The notes: generated by a model not told the origin, from the letters alone. A stretch of DNA of 64,000 nt from an uncultured Deferribacteres bacterium (GCA_964014485.1 CAXHAT010000003.1:30359-94358); one strand, 5' to 3'. Counted from the stretch's first letter, positions 9,571 through 19,559 are shown. Numbers and translations are program-made.

Positions 9571-10599
9571 GTGAAAGGATTTCTCAATATGTTTGACGAT
9601 CCGTGGAGAGTTCGGAGATTCTGGGGCGTATTTTTGGCGGCGGCGCTGTTTTGCACGCTGACTTTTGTCAACGAGGGTTTTAGTCAGAAGAGAAGCGCCA
9701 AAGCGCAGACGGAGCAAGTCGCGAAAAACGGCAATGCGCAAGAGGCCGAAGGTACGGAGCTGACCGCTTGGAATATCATCGAAATGACCTCTTGGCTGTT
9801 CTGGCCTTTCGTCGTACTGACCGGCGCGGGAATTATGCTGATTTCGTTTAAGAGCTTGCAAGAATATCAGCAGAAAGCGCGGGCGCAATCGCTGTTGCAA
9901 GGCAAAATCACCGTCAACGATTTGAAAGGGCTCGTGCGACAGGTTCAGGAATCAAAGCCAAACCGTGCGTCGCAATTGCTCTACGCCATGATTGCGACGT
10001 TTAACAAAACCAACAACGCCGAGCCGATTGGCGACGACGCCGAGGCGTATTTGAACACGGAACGCGAGCGCTACGAGACTTTCAATCGCGTCATGGGCTT
10101 TCTTTCCGACAGCGCGGGCGCGCTCGGGCTTCTCGGCACGGTCTGGGGAATTTTCGAAACCTTTCACGGCGGAAAATTGGACGGCCCGACAATTTTGCAA
10201 GGGATGAGCGTTTCGTTGGTGACAACGCTGGTCGGCTTGATTATTTCATTGGCGCTCAACGCCGGAACGACGGCGGTCTTCGCGCTTTTTAACGGCCAAA
10301 TTAGCTTGCTCTCAACACGTGCGGAAGAACTGCGACAGGCATTGATGCAGCTCAAAAGCAACGGCAGCCAACAACCATCGCAGGCGCAATCTCAACCGCG
10401 TTCACGCGCCAAATCGTCGCCGAATGCATCGAACATGTCATCGGAAGAATATGCGCGACGCATGAGCGCCATGAGAGAAGGCGCTTTCAGACCTTCGGAA
10501 ACAGCTCGGCGTAGAGCCTCCGAGATGGAAGAAACGATTGAGTCCGGCCGCCCTGCGTTTGAGCCCGAAACCAACGGCAGCAGTAACGGCTGGCTTTGA
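9571..10599 (+). CDS. MotA/TolQ/ExbB proton-channel protein
   Basis: GALGLLGTVWGIFETF and GMSVSLVTTLVGLII helices; start at GTG 9571 after AAGGAG. Confidence 0.9.
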   Translation: MKGFLNMFDDPWRVRRFWGVFLAAALFCTLTFVNEGFSQKRSAKAQTEQVAKNGNAQEAEGTELTAWNIIEMTSWLFWPFVVLTGAGIMLISFKSLQEYQQKARAQSLLQGKITVNDLKGLVRQVQESKPNRASQLLYAMIATFNKTNNAEPIGDDAEAYLNTERERYETFNRVMGFLSDSAGALGLLGTVWGIFETFHGGKLDGPTILQGMSVSLVTTLVGLIISLALNAGTTAVFALFNGQISLLSTRAEELRQALMQLKSNGSQQPSQAQSQPRSRAKSSPNASNMSSEEYARRMSAMREGAFRPSETARRRASEMEETIESGRPAFEPETNGSSNGWL

Positions 10600-10772
10600 T
10601 TTGAGGCTGTTGGCGGTTGGCTTTTAGCTGTTGGCAAAATCCTCCCGGAGTGTCATTCAGGAGGAATCTATTTAGAACACGGGCGAAGAAGGCGGCCTTT
10701 TCGTTGGATTCTTGGCGAGAAAAGTACGCTCATAATAAAATTTTCTCTTTTGCACATTGATGCGAGTTAAAA

Positions 10773-12197
10773 ATGCACTTTAACTTTAAACAAAAAAGCG
10801 CGAAGCGCGTGAAAATTCCCCCTTCGAAGGGGGTTAGGGGGATGTTCTGCGGCGGCGTTCATGAAGCGATGCGCGCAAATATTCACTCCGTTTCCCTTTC
10901 GAAGCGGCCTTCAGTTGCAGGCTTTTTAAAGAAGCCGACGCCGCACTCCGTGTCATTTCGAGCGGACGAAATGAAAAAACAATCGTTTACAAAACGGATA
11001 AAGCCCGCTTTAATGTTTGTTCTTTTCGACGATTCCAGAGCGAGAAATCTCAGCCGTTCCTTGACAAAAGCCTTGAGATTCCTCGCTTCGAACTTCAAAA
11101 GCTTTTCTTTGAGAACAATATTTTATCGTTCTCAAAAAAGCGCATTCCCAAAAAAACTTCCGCTCGGAATGACAAACCGAAATGCGGCGCGGTTGGATTC
11201 TCGTTCCAATGCTTCGCGTTGGAATGCAGTTTTCGACGCTTTGCGTCGCGTGCTTTTTGGGAAAACAAATGCGCTGGAATCAAATCCTGAGCGTCATGAA
11301 TGGACGCGGAAGCGTCCGGGCTGTATTCCCACGCAAAGCCTGGGAACGAGACTCTCAAGAACCCTGCCCCAAAAAACCGCCTTCCTTTCGAAAGGAGGAA
11401 CTGAGAACGCTGCTCGCCTAACGATTCAAATACTTTTTGTATTTATCTGTTTCTGTCTAACGACAAACGCCAGCGCGCAAGCGCCGCGCGTCACGATTGA
11501 AGCGCCGGAGCTGCGGCAATTGGCGGGAGCGCGGGTTGAGTTGAATTTTCGCGCCGGGGCTTTGGATAATCCGGTTCAAAACCTCTTCGGCCTGGCGTTT
11601 GAATTGCACTATTCCGACGCGACGCACATTGTTTTTGACAATCCGAGCGATGCGCTGGCCGGGCCTTTTTTACAGCCGGACGTTTTTACGTTCACGCGCC
11701 ACGAGCCGGAAAATCGCGTGTTTTTTCTCGCGGTTAGCCGCAAACGCGGCGCGGCGGGACAAAACGGCGACGGGATTGCCTTGACGCTGCCGTTCACGAT
11801 TTCCGAAAATGCGCCGCCGGGAGCGAAAATCTGCTTCACAATCCAAAACGTGGCGGCGAATACGCCGGACGGTACGCCGCTGCAATTTGAAGCTGGCGAA
11901 ACGGTATGTTTGGAAGTGATCGAGCCGGTGATCGAGGTCGTGCCGAACCCGATTACGCCGAACAACGACACCTACAACGACGAAGTCGAATTCAAGCGCG
12001 ACGGCGGTTGGCCGGTAGAATTCTCGGTTCGCATCATGGATCGCACCGGACGGATCATTCGCGTTCTGGAAAACGGCGAAAATAAATGGGACGGCCGCGA
12101 CAGCGCCGGACGGCTGCAATTGCCGGGCGTTTATCTCTACACGATTCACGACGAAGGCCGCGTTGTTCAGCGCGGTTTTTTAGGGATTATTTTGTAA
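10773..12197 (+). CDS. secreted cohesin-like protein with T9SS type-B (gliding-motility-associated) C-terminal domain; N-terminal ~200 aa are translated palindromic repeats
   Basis: h-region IQILFVFICFCLTTNASA|Q; NLFGLAFELHY cohesin-like strand; PNPITPNND..ND..F...IMDRTGR...WDGRD..G....GVY.Y; true start uncertain. Confidence 0.75.
   Translation: MHFNFKQKSAKRVKIPPSKGVRGMFCGGVHEAMRANIHSVSLSKRPSVAGFLKKPTPHSVSFRADEMKKQSFTKRIKPALMFVLFDDSRARNLSRSLTKALRFLASNFKSFSLRTIFYRSQKSAFPKKLPLGMTNRNAARLDSRSNASRWNAVFDALRRVLFGKTNALESNPERHEWTRKRPGCIPTQSLGTRLSRTLPQKTAFLSKGGTENAARLTIQILFVFICFCLTTNASAQAPRVTIEAPELRQLAGARVELNFRAGALDNPVQNLFGLAFELHYSDATHIVFDNPSDALAGPFLQPDVFTFTRHEPENRVFFLAVSRKRGAAGQNGDGIALTLPFTISENAPPGAKICFTIQNVAANTPDGTPLQFEAGETVCLEVIEPVIEVVPNPITPNNDTYNDEVEFKRDGGWPVEFSVRIMDRTGRIIRVLENGENKWDGRDSAGRLQLPGVYLYTIHDEGRVVQRGFLGIIL
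10813..11402. repeat. stack of 3-4 different palindromic repeat families
   Basis: CCCCCTTCGAAGGGGG type (10813-10910, 11375-11402); GTCATTTCGAGC...GCTCGGAATGAC type (10952-11173); CTCGTTCC...GGGAACGAG type (11200-11350). Confidence 0.75.
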
Positions 12198-12215
12198 TGA
12201 GCCGTTAAATTTCAC

Positions 12216-12286
12216 GTCATTCCCGCGAAGGCGGGAATCCAGCTAGTCGCGCAGAGTTTCTGGATTCCCGCCTTCGCGGGAATGAC
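12216..12286. repeat. REP-like palindromic element family A
   Basis: GTCATTCCCGCGAAGGCGGGAATCCAG / CTGGATTCCCGCCTTCGCGGGAATGAC. Confidence 0.9.
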
Positions 12287-12392
12287 AAGAGTGGGCGCTT
12301 CTTATGATAAGGGACAGCCCGGCGCGATCGTATCATTTTCAATAAATAGCCCTGAGCATCACTGAATTTTCAACCATTGCACGACATCAAAA

Positions 12393-15221
12393 ATGCTCTT
12401 CTTTGCAAAAATTCCTCGCCAAATTCGGCTGCACATTTTCGCCCTGGCTTGCGCGTTCTGCGGAATAGCAACCAATGCACAAGCGCAGAAACTGCGGCTG
12501 GATTATAACAGCATCGACGCGAGCGCATTTCCGCGCATCGTGTCGATGGTGACCGTCACCAATGATTCCGGATTTACCGTCGGAGCGCTGGACACGAGCC
12601 ATTTCGTCGTGCATGAAGACGGCGTGCGCGAATATCCGATTGAAGTGGTCGAACTGGTCGATGAAAACGTGCCTGTGACGGTCGTTTTGGTTATCGACAA
12701 AAGCTCGAGCATGGACGAGTTTAACCTCATGGAAGATACGAAGGCCGCCGCGATCACTTTCGTGAACATCATGGGGCCGAACGACAAGACCGGGGTCGTT
12801 TCCTTTGCCAGTAAAATCTTCACCGAGCACGACGTTTCCGCCGACAAGCCGTCGATCATCTCCGCCATAAACGCCATTGAAGCGAAGGGCGGCACCTCGC
12901 TTTACGACGGCATTATGCGTGCGACCAACGTCATTCGCCCGCACTTGCGTCCTGACGAAAGCGCGGCGCTGATTGTGATGACCGACGGCGAAGACAAGGA
13001 AGATTCCGAAGCGTCGTTCAACGAGGCGCTCAATGCTTCAAGGGCGCTTGGAATTCCGGTATTTACCATCACGCTATTCAAGGAAGGCGGCTTTATCGGG
13101 CGGGACATGAAAACGCTGGCGGCAGAGACTGGCGGGCTGCATTTTCACAGCCCGACTTCGAAGGATTTGGAAGAAATCTACCGCCGTCTTTCCGCTCTTC
13201 TGAAGCACCGTTATCGCGTCAGTTACACCACGCACAATCCCGCCCGCGACGGCACGCTGCGTCTGGTGCAAATTGATGTCAACGCTTTCAATGCGACGGC
13301 GTTTGACACGGCCTATTACCGCGCGCCGCTCGATCTGGTCACGGTTTCGCCGACGACGCAGGACATTCCGGCGCCGGATCGCAGCTTTGAGATCGAAATC
13401 GTCATTCCGCCGTTGAGCAATCCGGTTTTTGAGATGAAGGATTTGACTTTTGTTTTGACCTACGATCCGCAATGGTTGAGCGTCCCCAATCTCGATCCTG
13501 CGCTTTTATCTGGCGCGTTGTTCGGTGCGCCAAATTCGCATGCGATTCAGTACGTCGTTGATCAGGCGCACGGCGAGATCAGGTTTACTTTGTCGAAAAA
13601 TCAGATCGATGATTTAATCAGCGGGCGGGGGCAATTGGTGCGGGCGGTCTTTCAAACCTCGCCTGATCTGCCGGACAACATCCCGCTGACGTTCACGCTG
13701 CAAAATCTTGAATTGCGCAACGGCGAAGGAAACATCATTCCCTCGGAAGCGACGACGTTGACGGTGAATACTTTTGGTTACATCACAGCGGCGCTGACGA
13801 CAAATCAGGAGTTGAATCCGGGGCGGGAGTTTTGTCTGTTCCTTGAGATTCCGCCGCATAGCAAGGCCGTCCCGGAAATGCGTGATTTCGCTTTTGTCGT
13901 CAAATACGATCCGTCGTTTTTGACCCTTCGTCCGGCGCAGAACGGAGCATTTCAGCCCGGCGCATTGTTCCAGCCTAGCGGCAGTTTTTCGGCGCAATTC
14001 AACCCGGATGCTCAGGGCGGCGGCTTGCAGGGAAGCCTGACGAAAAATGAAGGCGCCGCATTGGTGCAAGGACGCGGCGAAATCGCCAAAATTACGTTCG
14101 ATGTGTCGCCGGATTTGCCGGACAGTTCGCTGCTGAAATTTGAGTTCATTTCGGCGAGCGGGCACGACGGCAACGCCTGGCCGCTGCCTTTTCGCACCGA
14201 AGATTTAACGATTGTCAGCAACGGGCTGACGGTTTGGCCCGGCGACACGGATCACAACGGCGTGGTTGAATTGATCGACGTTCTACCGCTCGGCGTGCAT
14301 TGGGAATTGAACGGCCCGGGCCGTCCGAACGAGCCGGATCCGATGCTTTGGAAGGCGCAGCTCACGCAACGCTACCCGGTCAAAAAGGCCGCTCATGCAG
14401 ACGCTGACGGCAGCGGCGGCGTGAACGAGCAGGACATTGTGCCGGTCGGCGTCAATTGGGGGAAAACGCAGGGGCAAGCGGCGGCGAAGCCGTCTCAAAA
14501 AGGCGTACAATTGCCCTCAGGTTACCTGCTGGCCACGTTGGAAGAATCGAATGTGCAAGGCCGGGTTAACCTCAGCTTGCGCTATTTTTCAGAAAATGAC
14601 GCGCCAATTTCTGGAGCGACTTTCAAACTGAATTTGCAAGGTTCCGGAGCGGCTTTTGTGCGCGCGCTCGCCGGAAACGATTGGCAAAACAACCCGCTTT
14701 TGATAGCGCGCGAATTTTCCGGCGATAAAAAAATTGGCGTCGGAGTCGTTGCATTGGCGGGGCGATCGTTGGCCAAAAAGAACGGCGAAATTGTACAAAT
14801 TTCTCTGAAATCGGAGCAATCCGATCTGCTGAATAAATTGGTTTTTGAAGACGTGAATCTTGTCGCGGCGAACGGCGCTTTGATCGTTTCACGTGTTGAA
14901 AAAACGCAGGTGGCCGAAGCGATTCCGCAAACGTTTTCGCTCTCCGACGCCTATCCGAATCCGTTCAACCCGGTGACCAATTTGCGGTTTTCCTTGCCCG
15001 AAATCGCCGACGTGCGCGTCAAGATCATCGACGCATTAGGACGGGCGGTGTTTGAGTATCGTTTAAACAATGCCTCGGCGGGCTATCATTCCTGGCAGTG
15101 GCAAGGACGAAATTCGGCGGGCGAAAACGTCGTCAGCGGCGTGTACTTCGCGTTGTTTTCGGCAAAAAGCGCGTCGGGAGAAACATGGCAGGCGATGCGA
15201 AGGATGAGCCTGGTGAAGTAA
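12393..15221 (+). CDS. secreted VWA + cohesin-like (x2-3) + dockerin-like + T9SS type-A CTD protein
   Basis: MIDAS motif DKSSSM...GGTSLYD...TDGED; F.L.YDP..L cohesin-like repeats; WPGDTDHNGVV..ID..ADADGSG.VN..D dockerin-like pair; AYPNPFNP...WQGRN..G..V.SGVY CTD. Confidence 0.85.
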   Translation: MLFFAKIPRQIRLHIFALACAFCGIATNAQAQKLRLDYNSIDASAFPRIVSMVTVTNDSGFTVGALDTSHFVVHEDGVREYPIEVVELVDENVPVTVVLVIDKSSSMDEFNLMEDTKAAAITFVNIMGPNDKTGVVSFASKIFTEHDVSADKPSIISAINAIEAKGGTSLYDGIMRATNVIRPHLRPDESAALIVMTDGEDKEDSEASFNEALNASRALGIPVFTITLFKEGGFIGRDMKTLAAETGGLHFHSPTSKDLEEIYRRLSALLKHRYRVSYTTHNPARDGTLRLVQIDVNAFNATAFDTAYYRAPLDLVTVSPTTQDIPAPDRSFEIEIVIPPLSNPVFEMKDLTFVLTYDPQWLSVPNLDPALLSGALFGAPNSHAIQYVVDQAHGEIRFTLSKNQIDDLISGRGQLVRAVFQTSPDLPDNIPLTFTLQNLELRNGEGNIIPSEATTLTVNTFGYITAALTTNQELNPGREFCLFLEIPPHSKAVPEMRDFAFVVKYDPSFLTLRPAQNGAFQPGALFQPSGSFSAQFNPDAQGGGLQGSLTKNEGAALVQGRGEIAKITFDVSPDLPDSSLLKFEFISASGHDGNAWPLPFRTEDLTIVSNGLTVWPGDTDHNGVVELIDVLPLGVHWELNGPGRPNEPDPMLWKAQLTQRYPVKKAAHADADGSGGVNEQDIVPVGVNWGKTQGQAAAKPSQKGVQLPSGYLLATLEESNVQGRVNLSLRYFSENDAPISGATFKLNLQGSGAAFVRALAGNDWQNNPLLIAREFSGDKKIGVGVVALAGRSLAKKNGEIVQISLKSEQSDLLNKLVFEDVNLVAANGALIVSRVEKTQVAEAIPQTFSLSDAYPNPFNPVTNLRFSLPEIADVRVKIIDALGRAVFEYRLNNASAGYHSWQWQGRNSAGENVVSGVYFALFSAKSASGETWQAMRRMSLVK

Positions 15222-15222
15222 T

Positions 15223-15289
15223 TTTCAGTAAGCAGTGATTAGTGATGAGTCATTAGAAACTAATTACAAATCACTAATGACTAATCACC
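15223..15289. repeat. heptameric (AGTGATT/AATCACT-like) palindromic repeat
   Basis: Run of 7-mers followed by their complement; related copies at 17305-17370, 19556-19625 and 19694-19765. Confidence 0.7.
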
Positions 15290-15302
15290 GTTTGGAAAAA
15301 GG

Positions 15303-15731
15303 ATGGCAATGAGAAGAAGGAGAAAAAGCGGGGGCGGCGGATCGTTGATGATCCGAATGATCGACGTCGTGTTCATTTTGTTGTTCGGCTTTATCGCCGT
15401 GTCGCAAATCAGCCAGGCGGAAGCGGTTGAGCCGCCGAAAAGCGAGGAAGCCATGATGAAAGCGCCTGAAGGGCCGCACATTGTGATTGTCGGCGTGCGC
15501 GGCGAGGGCGTTTACTCGGTGGAAGGCGGCGAAAAACTGTTTCGCAGGCTCGATCAGTTGCAGCGATATTTGAAGTCAGCGTCGGAAAAAGCCAAGGGCA
15601 ATAACGAAGAATTCCAGGTTCGCATTCGCGCCGAATGGAACGCCAAGCTGGAAGACGCCCTGCGCGTCGCCAAGCTTTGCCGGGACTCGGAGTTTGTGAA
15701 AGGTTTTGACGTGGTGAAAGTAAAGGGATAG
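15303..15731 (+). CDS. ExbD/TolR-family protein
   Basis: MIDVVFILLFGF TM helix with essential Asp; IRA.......V...C periplasmic domain. Confidence 0.85.
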   Translation: MAMRRRRKSGGGGSLMIRMIDVVFILLFGFIAVSQISQAEAVEPPKSEEAMMKAPEGPHIVIVGVRGEGVYSVEGGEKLFRRLDQLQRYLKSASEKAKGNNEEFQVRIRAEWNAKLEDALRVAKLCRDSEFVKGFDVVKVKG

Positions 15732-15831
15732 AGTGAGAATGGATAAATGGAATGTTGGATTGATGGAGTTTTGCAAGAAACCCAAAAATCTAACACTCCA
15801 CTATTCCATGAATCCAATTTTGGGCTAAGAC

Positions 15832-16230
15832 ATGAACGACAACAACAGACTGATGGTGCGGCTTATCGACGTGGCGCTCATCGTTTTGATGGGCTTTATC
15901 GCGATCAGCCGCTTGAAAACCGAATATATTGACCTGCCCGCCGCAGGCAATCCCGAACCGCAAAAGACTGAGATTAAGGAAGCGTCTTTGGTCATTTTCG
16001 GAGATCGCTACGAATTAAAGGAAAACGGCCGTCGGAAAACCATGCGCGGCGTAGACGAGCTTGAGAGCGTGCTGGTCAGCAAAAACCGGCAATACGAAAA
16101 CCGGGGTCAAAAACTGATGATGAACATTGAATCGCACAAGTCCGGGATCATGCAAAATCTCGTGCATGTTCTGGACATTTGCGAGCGCAACGAAATCGAC
16201 AAGAGCCTGAATTATGACAAACTTCCGTGA
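15832..16230 (+). CDS. second ExbD/TolR-family protein
   Basis: LIDVALIVLMGF..IDLP; QNLVHVLDIC. Confidence 0.85.
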   Translation: MNDNNRLMVRLIDVALIVLMGFIAISRLKTEYIDLPAAGNPEPQKTEIKEASLVIFGDRYELKENGRRKTMRGVDELESVLVSKNRQYENRGQKLMMNIESHKSGIMQNLVHVLDICERNEIDKSLNYDKLP

Positions 16231-17305
16231 CTACATCAAGAATCGCGACAATCTGAAAACAACCTCCATCGTCGCGACGCTGCTGTTTCTTTTGTTGGTT
16301 TTTATTCTAACGCAGCTTTTCGGTTTCCAGCGTGATCCCGAAGAAGAAGAAATCGTGCGCATCGAATTGCGCGAACGTCCGCCAAAGGTGCGGCCCAAGT
16401 TGAAACAGAAAAACGAGAAGCCCAAGAAGCGCAAAGCCGCCGGGCCGCCGACGAATTCAAAGCAGGCGCAGAAAAACCCCGCCAAACAGCAGGAGCAGGC
16501 CAAGCCGAAAGTGCAAACGGCGGATATTTCTTCTCTTGTGAAAAGCTTCACGCAGATGAAGGTGACGCGCACAACGACGACCATGCGGCAAACGCGGCAG
16601 GCCGAGGCGCAAGTGACGTCGATGAACACGACTTTAACAAAATCAACGCGCAGTGACGTTTCCAGCGCCAATTTGAGCGCGCATTTGAGCAGTCGTCCGA
16701 CGAATATTTCCGGCGGCCGGCGGGGCGCGCCGAGTGCGAGCCAAAGTGCGTCGGTCGCGGTTGGCGGCGGCAGCAGTCAGGCGGGAACGGTGCAAGGCGT
16801 TTCGAGCGGCTTGGCGGGCGGCGCAGGCAATGGTCGTGCGACGCGCTCAACCGGAGGCGGCGGTGGAGGCGCATCGATTTCCATCCCCGGCGGCGCCGGA
16901 GACGGTGAAGAAGCGGCCATCGATATTCATGACCTAATCAAATGGATGAAAGCACATCCGGGGAAAATTCCGCTGTTGGTCGGCTACGAAATGGGCCACA
17001 AGGAAGGCGCTGACTTGTCTTCGGCGGTCAACGTGACGATGAACGGGCGCAGTTTTACCATGTTTCTCTCGTGTAATGAAAAGGAGCTTTTGCTGCGCAT
17101 TTGCATGGTCGAGAACAACGAATACACGCTTTTGAAAGACGCGGGCATTAGCGAAGCCAGCAATTTTCTGACAAGCGGCGGCGTGATTCGCGAAGCTTCC
17201 GCGATTAAATCTTTGATCAGCTCCCGCAGCGCCCCGGCGGGCAAGGCGGATGCTTTTTACGATATTTTCTGGGGTTGGTGGGAAATTGAAAGAGCGAAAA
17301 TGTAA
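16214..17305 (+). CDS. membrane-anchored TonB/TolA-like protein (low-complexity linker, unknown C-terminal domain)
   Basis: Single N-terminal TM, P/K/Q-rich then S/T/G-rich linker, globular C-terminus; overlaps the second exbD-like gene. Confidence 0.55.
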   Translation: MTNFRDYIKNRDNLKTTSIVATLLFLLLVFILTQLFGFQRDPEEEEIVRIELRERPPKVRPKLKQKNEKPKKRKAAGPPTNSKQAQKNPAKQQEQAKPKVQTADISSLVKSFTQMKVTRTTTTMRQTRQAEAQVTSMNTTLTKSTRSDVSSANLSAHLSSRPTNISGGRRGAPSASQSASVAVGGGSSQAGTVQGVSSGLAGGAGNGRATRSTGGGGGGASISIPGGAGDGEEAAIDIHDLIKWMKAHPGKIPLLVGYEMGHKEGADLSSAVNVTMNGRSFTMFLSCNEKELLLRICMVENNEYTLLKDAGISEASNFLTSGGVIREASAIKSLISSRSAPAGKADAFYDIFWGWWEIERAKM

Positions 17306-17384
17306 GTAATCAGTGATGAGTCATTAGTCAATAGTTTCTAATGACTAAAAACTAATCACTAATGACTGAAAAAAGGGTGAGATT

Positions 17385-18866
17385 ATGTGTGGAAAAGGAC
17401 GTTCCGGAATCTGGGCTTGTCTGGCAATGACGGCCATTATGGGGTGCGCGTCTTCGGGCGGCAAAAAAACGGCGGCGAGAGAAACGATGCGTGCTCCGGC
17501 GGGCGTGGATCGGATGACGGCGGCAAAGGCGTTTCGCAACGCTGACAGCAACTTTGTCTCGAAGCAGCGCGAACGGCAGGCGGTGCAACAGTTGGCTGTC
17601 GGTCGCAAGCGGTACAACAAAGTTGACGAATTTTGGAAATATCTTGACCAAAGCGTGCAGCGCGGAGCACTTTCAGGGGCGCAACAACAGGCTTTCGACC
17701 GAGAATTGGCTGCGGGCGCTGAAGCGTTGACCAAGTGGCGCGACGCGACCAGTAACGGGCAAAATCAAAAAATGTTGAAAGCGGCCAAGGCGCAATGCTA
17801 CCAGGCGCAACAGCACTTGGAAAACGCCGTTCGCCTCGATCCGTTCAATCGCGACGCGCGCGTCTTGCTAGCGATGAATTACTATGCTTTGCAGCATTAT
17901 TTTGATGAAGAAAAGAACTACGAGCGCGCCGTCGAAGTCCTGGAACGCCTGGTTCGTCTCGAAAAAGGCGAGCATGAATTGTATCGTCTGCTCGGCGAAA
18001 ATTACATGGCGATGAAAGTGTTCGATCAGGCTTTGATCAACTTCCGCCGAGCGCAAAATGTTGTCGTCAAGACAAGCTTTGACACGCCGCCGGATACATC
18101 GATGCTCTTTTTTTACGCCTACATGCAGGGCGACGCTTTTGCCCGCTTGCACAACGCGCCCGGCGCCGTGAAAAGCTTTCAAACGGCGAAGCGATTGGCG
18201 CGCAGCGAGCAGGAAAAAACGGACGTTGATAATTATCTCAAATGGATCAATTGGGACGGCGGCAATATTCGTGCGTCGGAAGCCTGGGACGAAATTTTGA
18301 AGCTGGAAGGACAAAAAAGCTACGCCGCCGTGTCGAAGGCGTGCATGGGGATTATCCCGCATCTTAAAACGCGCAAAGCCAAGTTATCAGTGCATCATAA
18401 ATTGGCGGTGATGGAGTTTGAATTTACAGGAAAAAAAGAAAAAGCCGTCGAGCGAATGCGCGCGCTTTACGAAGCGCTGACTCCCGAGCAAAAAGCCCAG
18501 CCGGATGAAACTGTGCAAGCCTACCTGAACGCTTACGGCGCCATGCTTTTTAGTTTGGGCGTCGAGAGCCGCAACAAGGATGAGAAAAAAGTGGCGCTGG
18601 CATACTTTTCAAAGTCCGTTTCTTTCGACTGGGATCAAATGGCGAAGGCGTTGCGCGAAACGATCACTCTGGTTTGGAATACGCCGGAGCAGGCGATTAC
18701 GTACGGCAAGAAGGCGCTTGAGGTCGGGCAGGGCGTGCTTTCAGAAGAAGAAATTTGCGAGGTTTTTTCGCTCATGGTAAAAGCGCACAAGAGCGCCGGG
18801 AAATTCGACGAAGCGCGAACCTATTTTACCAAATGGAAGGCGTGCGACGCACCGCAGACGGACTAG
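17385..18866 (+). CDS. TPR-repeat lipoprotein
   Basis: Lipobox-like IMG|C; helical repeats (AVRLDP..RDARVLLA, LYRLLGENY). Confidence 0.75.
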   Translation: MCGKGRSGIWACLAMTAIMGCASSGGKKTAARETMRAPAGVDRMTAAKAFRNADSNFVSKQRERQAVQQLAVGRKRYNKVDEFWKYLDQSVQRGALSGAQQQAFDRELAAGAEALTKWRDATSNGQNQKMLKAAKAQCYQAQQHLENAVRLDPFNRDARVLLAMNYYALQHYFDEEKNYERAVEVLERLVRLEKGEHELYRLLGENYMAMKVFDQALINFRRAQNVVVKTSFDTPPDTSMLFFYAYMQGDAFARLHNAPGAVKSFQTAKRLARSEQEKTDVDNYLKWINWDGGNIRASEAWDEILKLEGQKSYAAVSKACMGIIPHLKTRKAKLSVHHKLAVMEFEFTGKKEKAVERMRALYEALTPEQKAQPDETVQAYLNAYGAMLFSLGVESRNKDEKKVALAYFSKSVSFDWDQMAKALRETITLVWNTPEQAITYGKKALEVGQGVLSEEEICEVFSLMVKAHKSAGKFDEARTYFTKWKACDAPQTD

Positions 18867-18932
18867 ACTCTGGCAAATTCCAAAAAACAACATCCAAATT
18901 TCAAAATCAGGCAATAACTTTTGGAGAGCAGA

Positions 18933-19559
18933 ATGAGAAGGATTTTTATTTCAATATTTATTGGCTTGATGGTCAGCGTCGGCGCTTTGTCGGCGCAGAA
19001 TAAGGCCGTCGAGGTCGATCAGCGCGAAGTGCAGTACGCCAAAATTACTGATCAACGCTTGCTGCGCATGTTCATCGACGATTTCATGATTCCCGAGGAC
19101 AATATTTCCTACATCATCGTGTACGACATCAACGGCGACGGTTTTGGACAGGGCGATTTGGCGCGGACGTTTCCGGGCGGAAAAGTTTATTTGACCACGC
19201 CAAGTGCAAAGGCGCAAAAATTCATGAACACCTGGAATTTTGGCGGCAACATCCGCTTCACGGCGCACGCCAGCGATCCGCCAGATCAGTTTGAGAATGC
19301 GCCGGATTCCGTGCGCGCTATGGGCGGCATCTTCGCGTCGTTGTTGCGCGGATTGCGCCGAAATTATAAGGGCAAGCCGATCAAAATCCATCTCGAGCAA
19401 AATCAGGACGTGGCTTCGATTGAAATTTGGGGCTATGATCCACGCTTGATGGATTACAATCCGCCGCCGGAAAACAAAGTCCCGGAAGAAGTGCCGGTGA
19501 TGAAGTTGATTTATTTGGAAAAGTCGGTGGTGGATAGTGTTTATACTGGCAAACAGTAA
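18933..19559 (+). CDS. secreted hypothetical protein
   Basis: MRRIFISIFIGLMVSVGALSA|Q signal; DINGDG Ca-binding-like loop; last gene of the operon. Confidence 0.7.
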   Translation: MRRIFISIFIGLMVSVGALSAQNKAVEVDQREVQYAKITDQRLLRMFIDDFMIPEDNISYIIVYDINGDGFGQGDLARTFPGGKVYLTTPSAKAQKFMNTWNFGGNIRFTAHASDPPDQFENAPDSVRAMGGIFASLLRGLRRNYKGKPIKIHLEQNQDVASIEIWGYDPRLMDYNPPPENKVPEEVPVMKLIYLEKSVVDSVYTGKQ

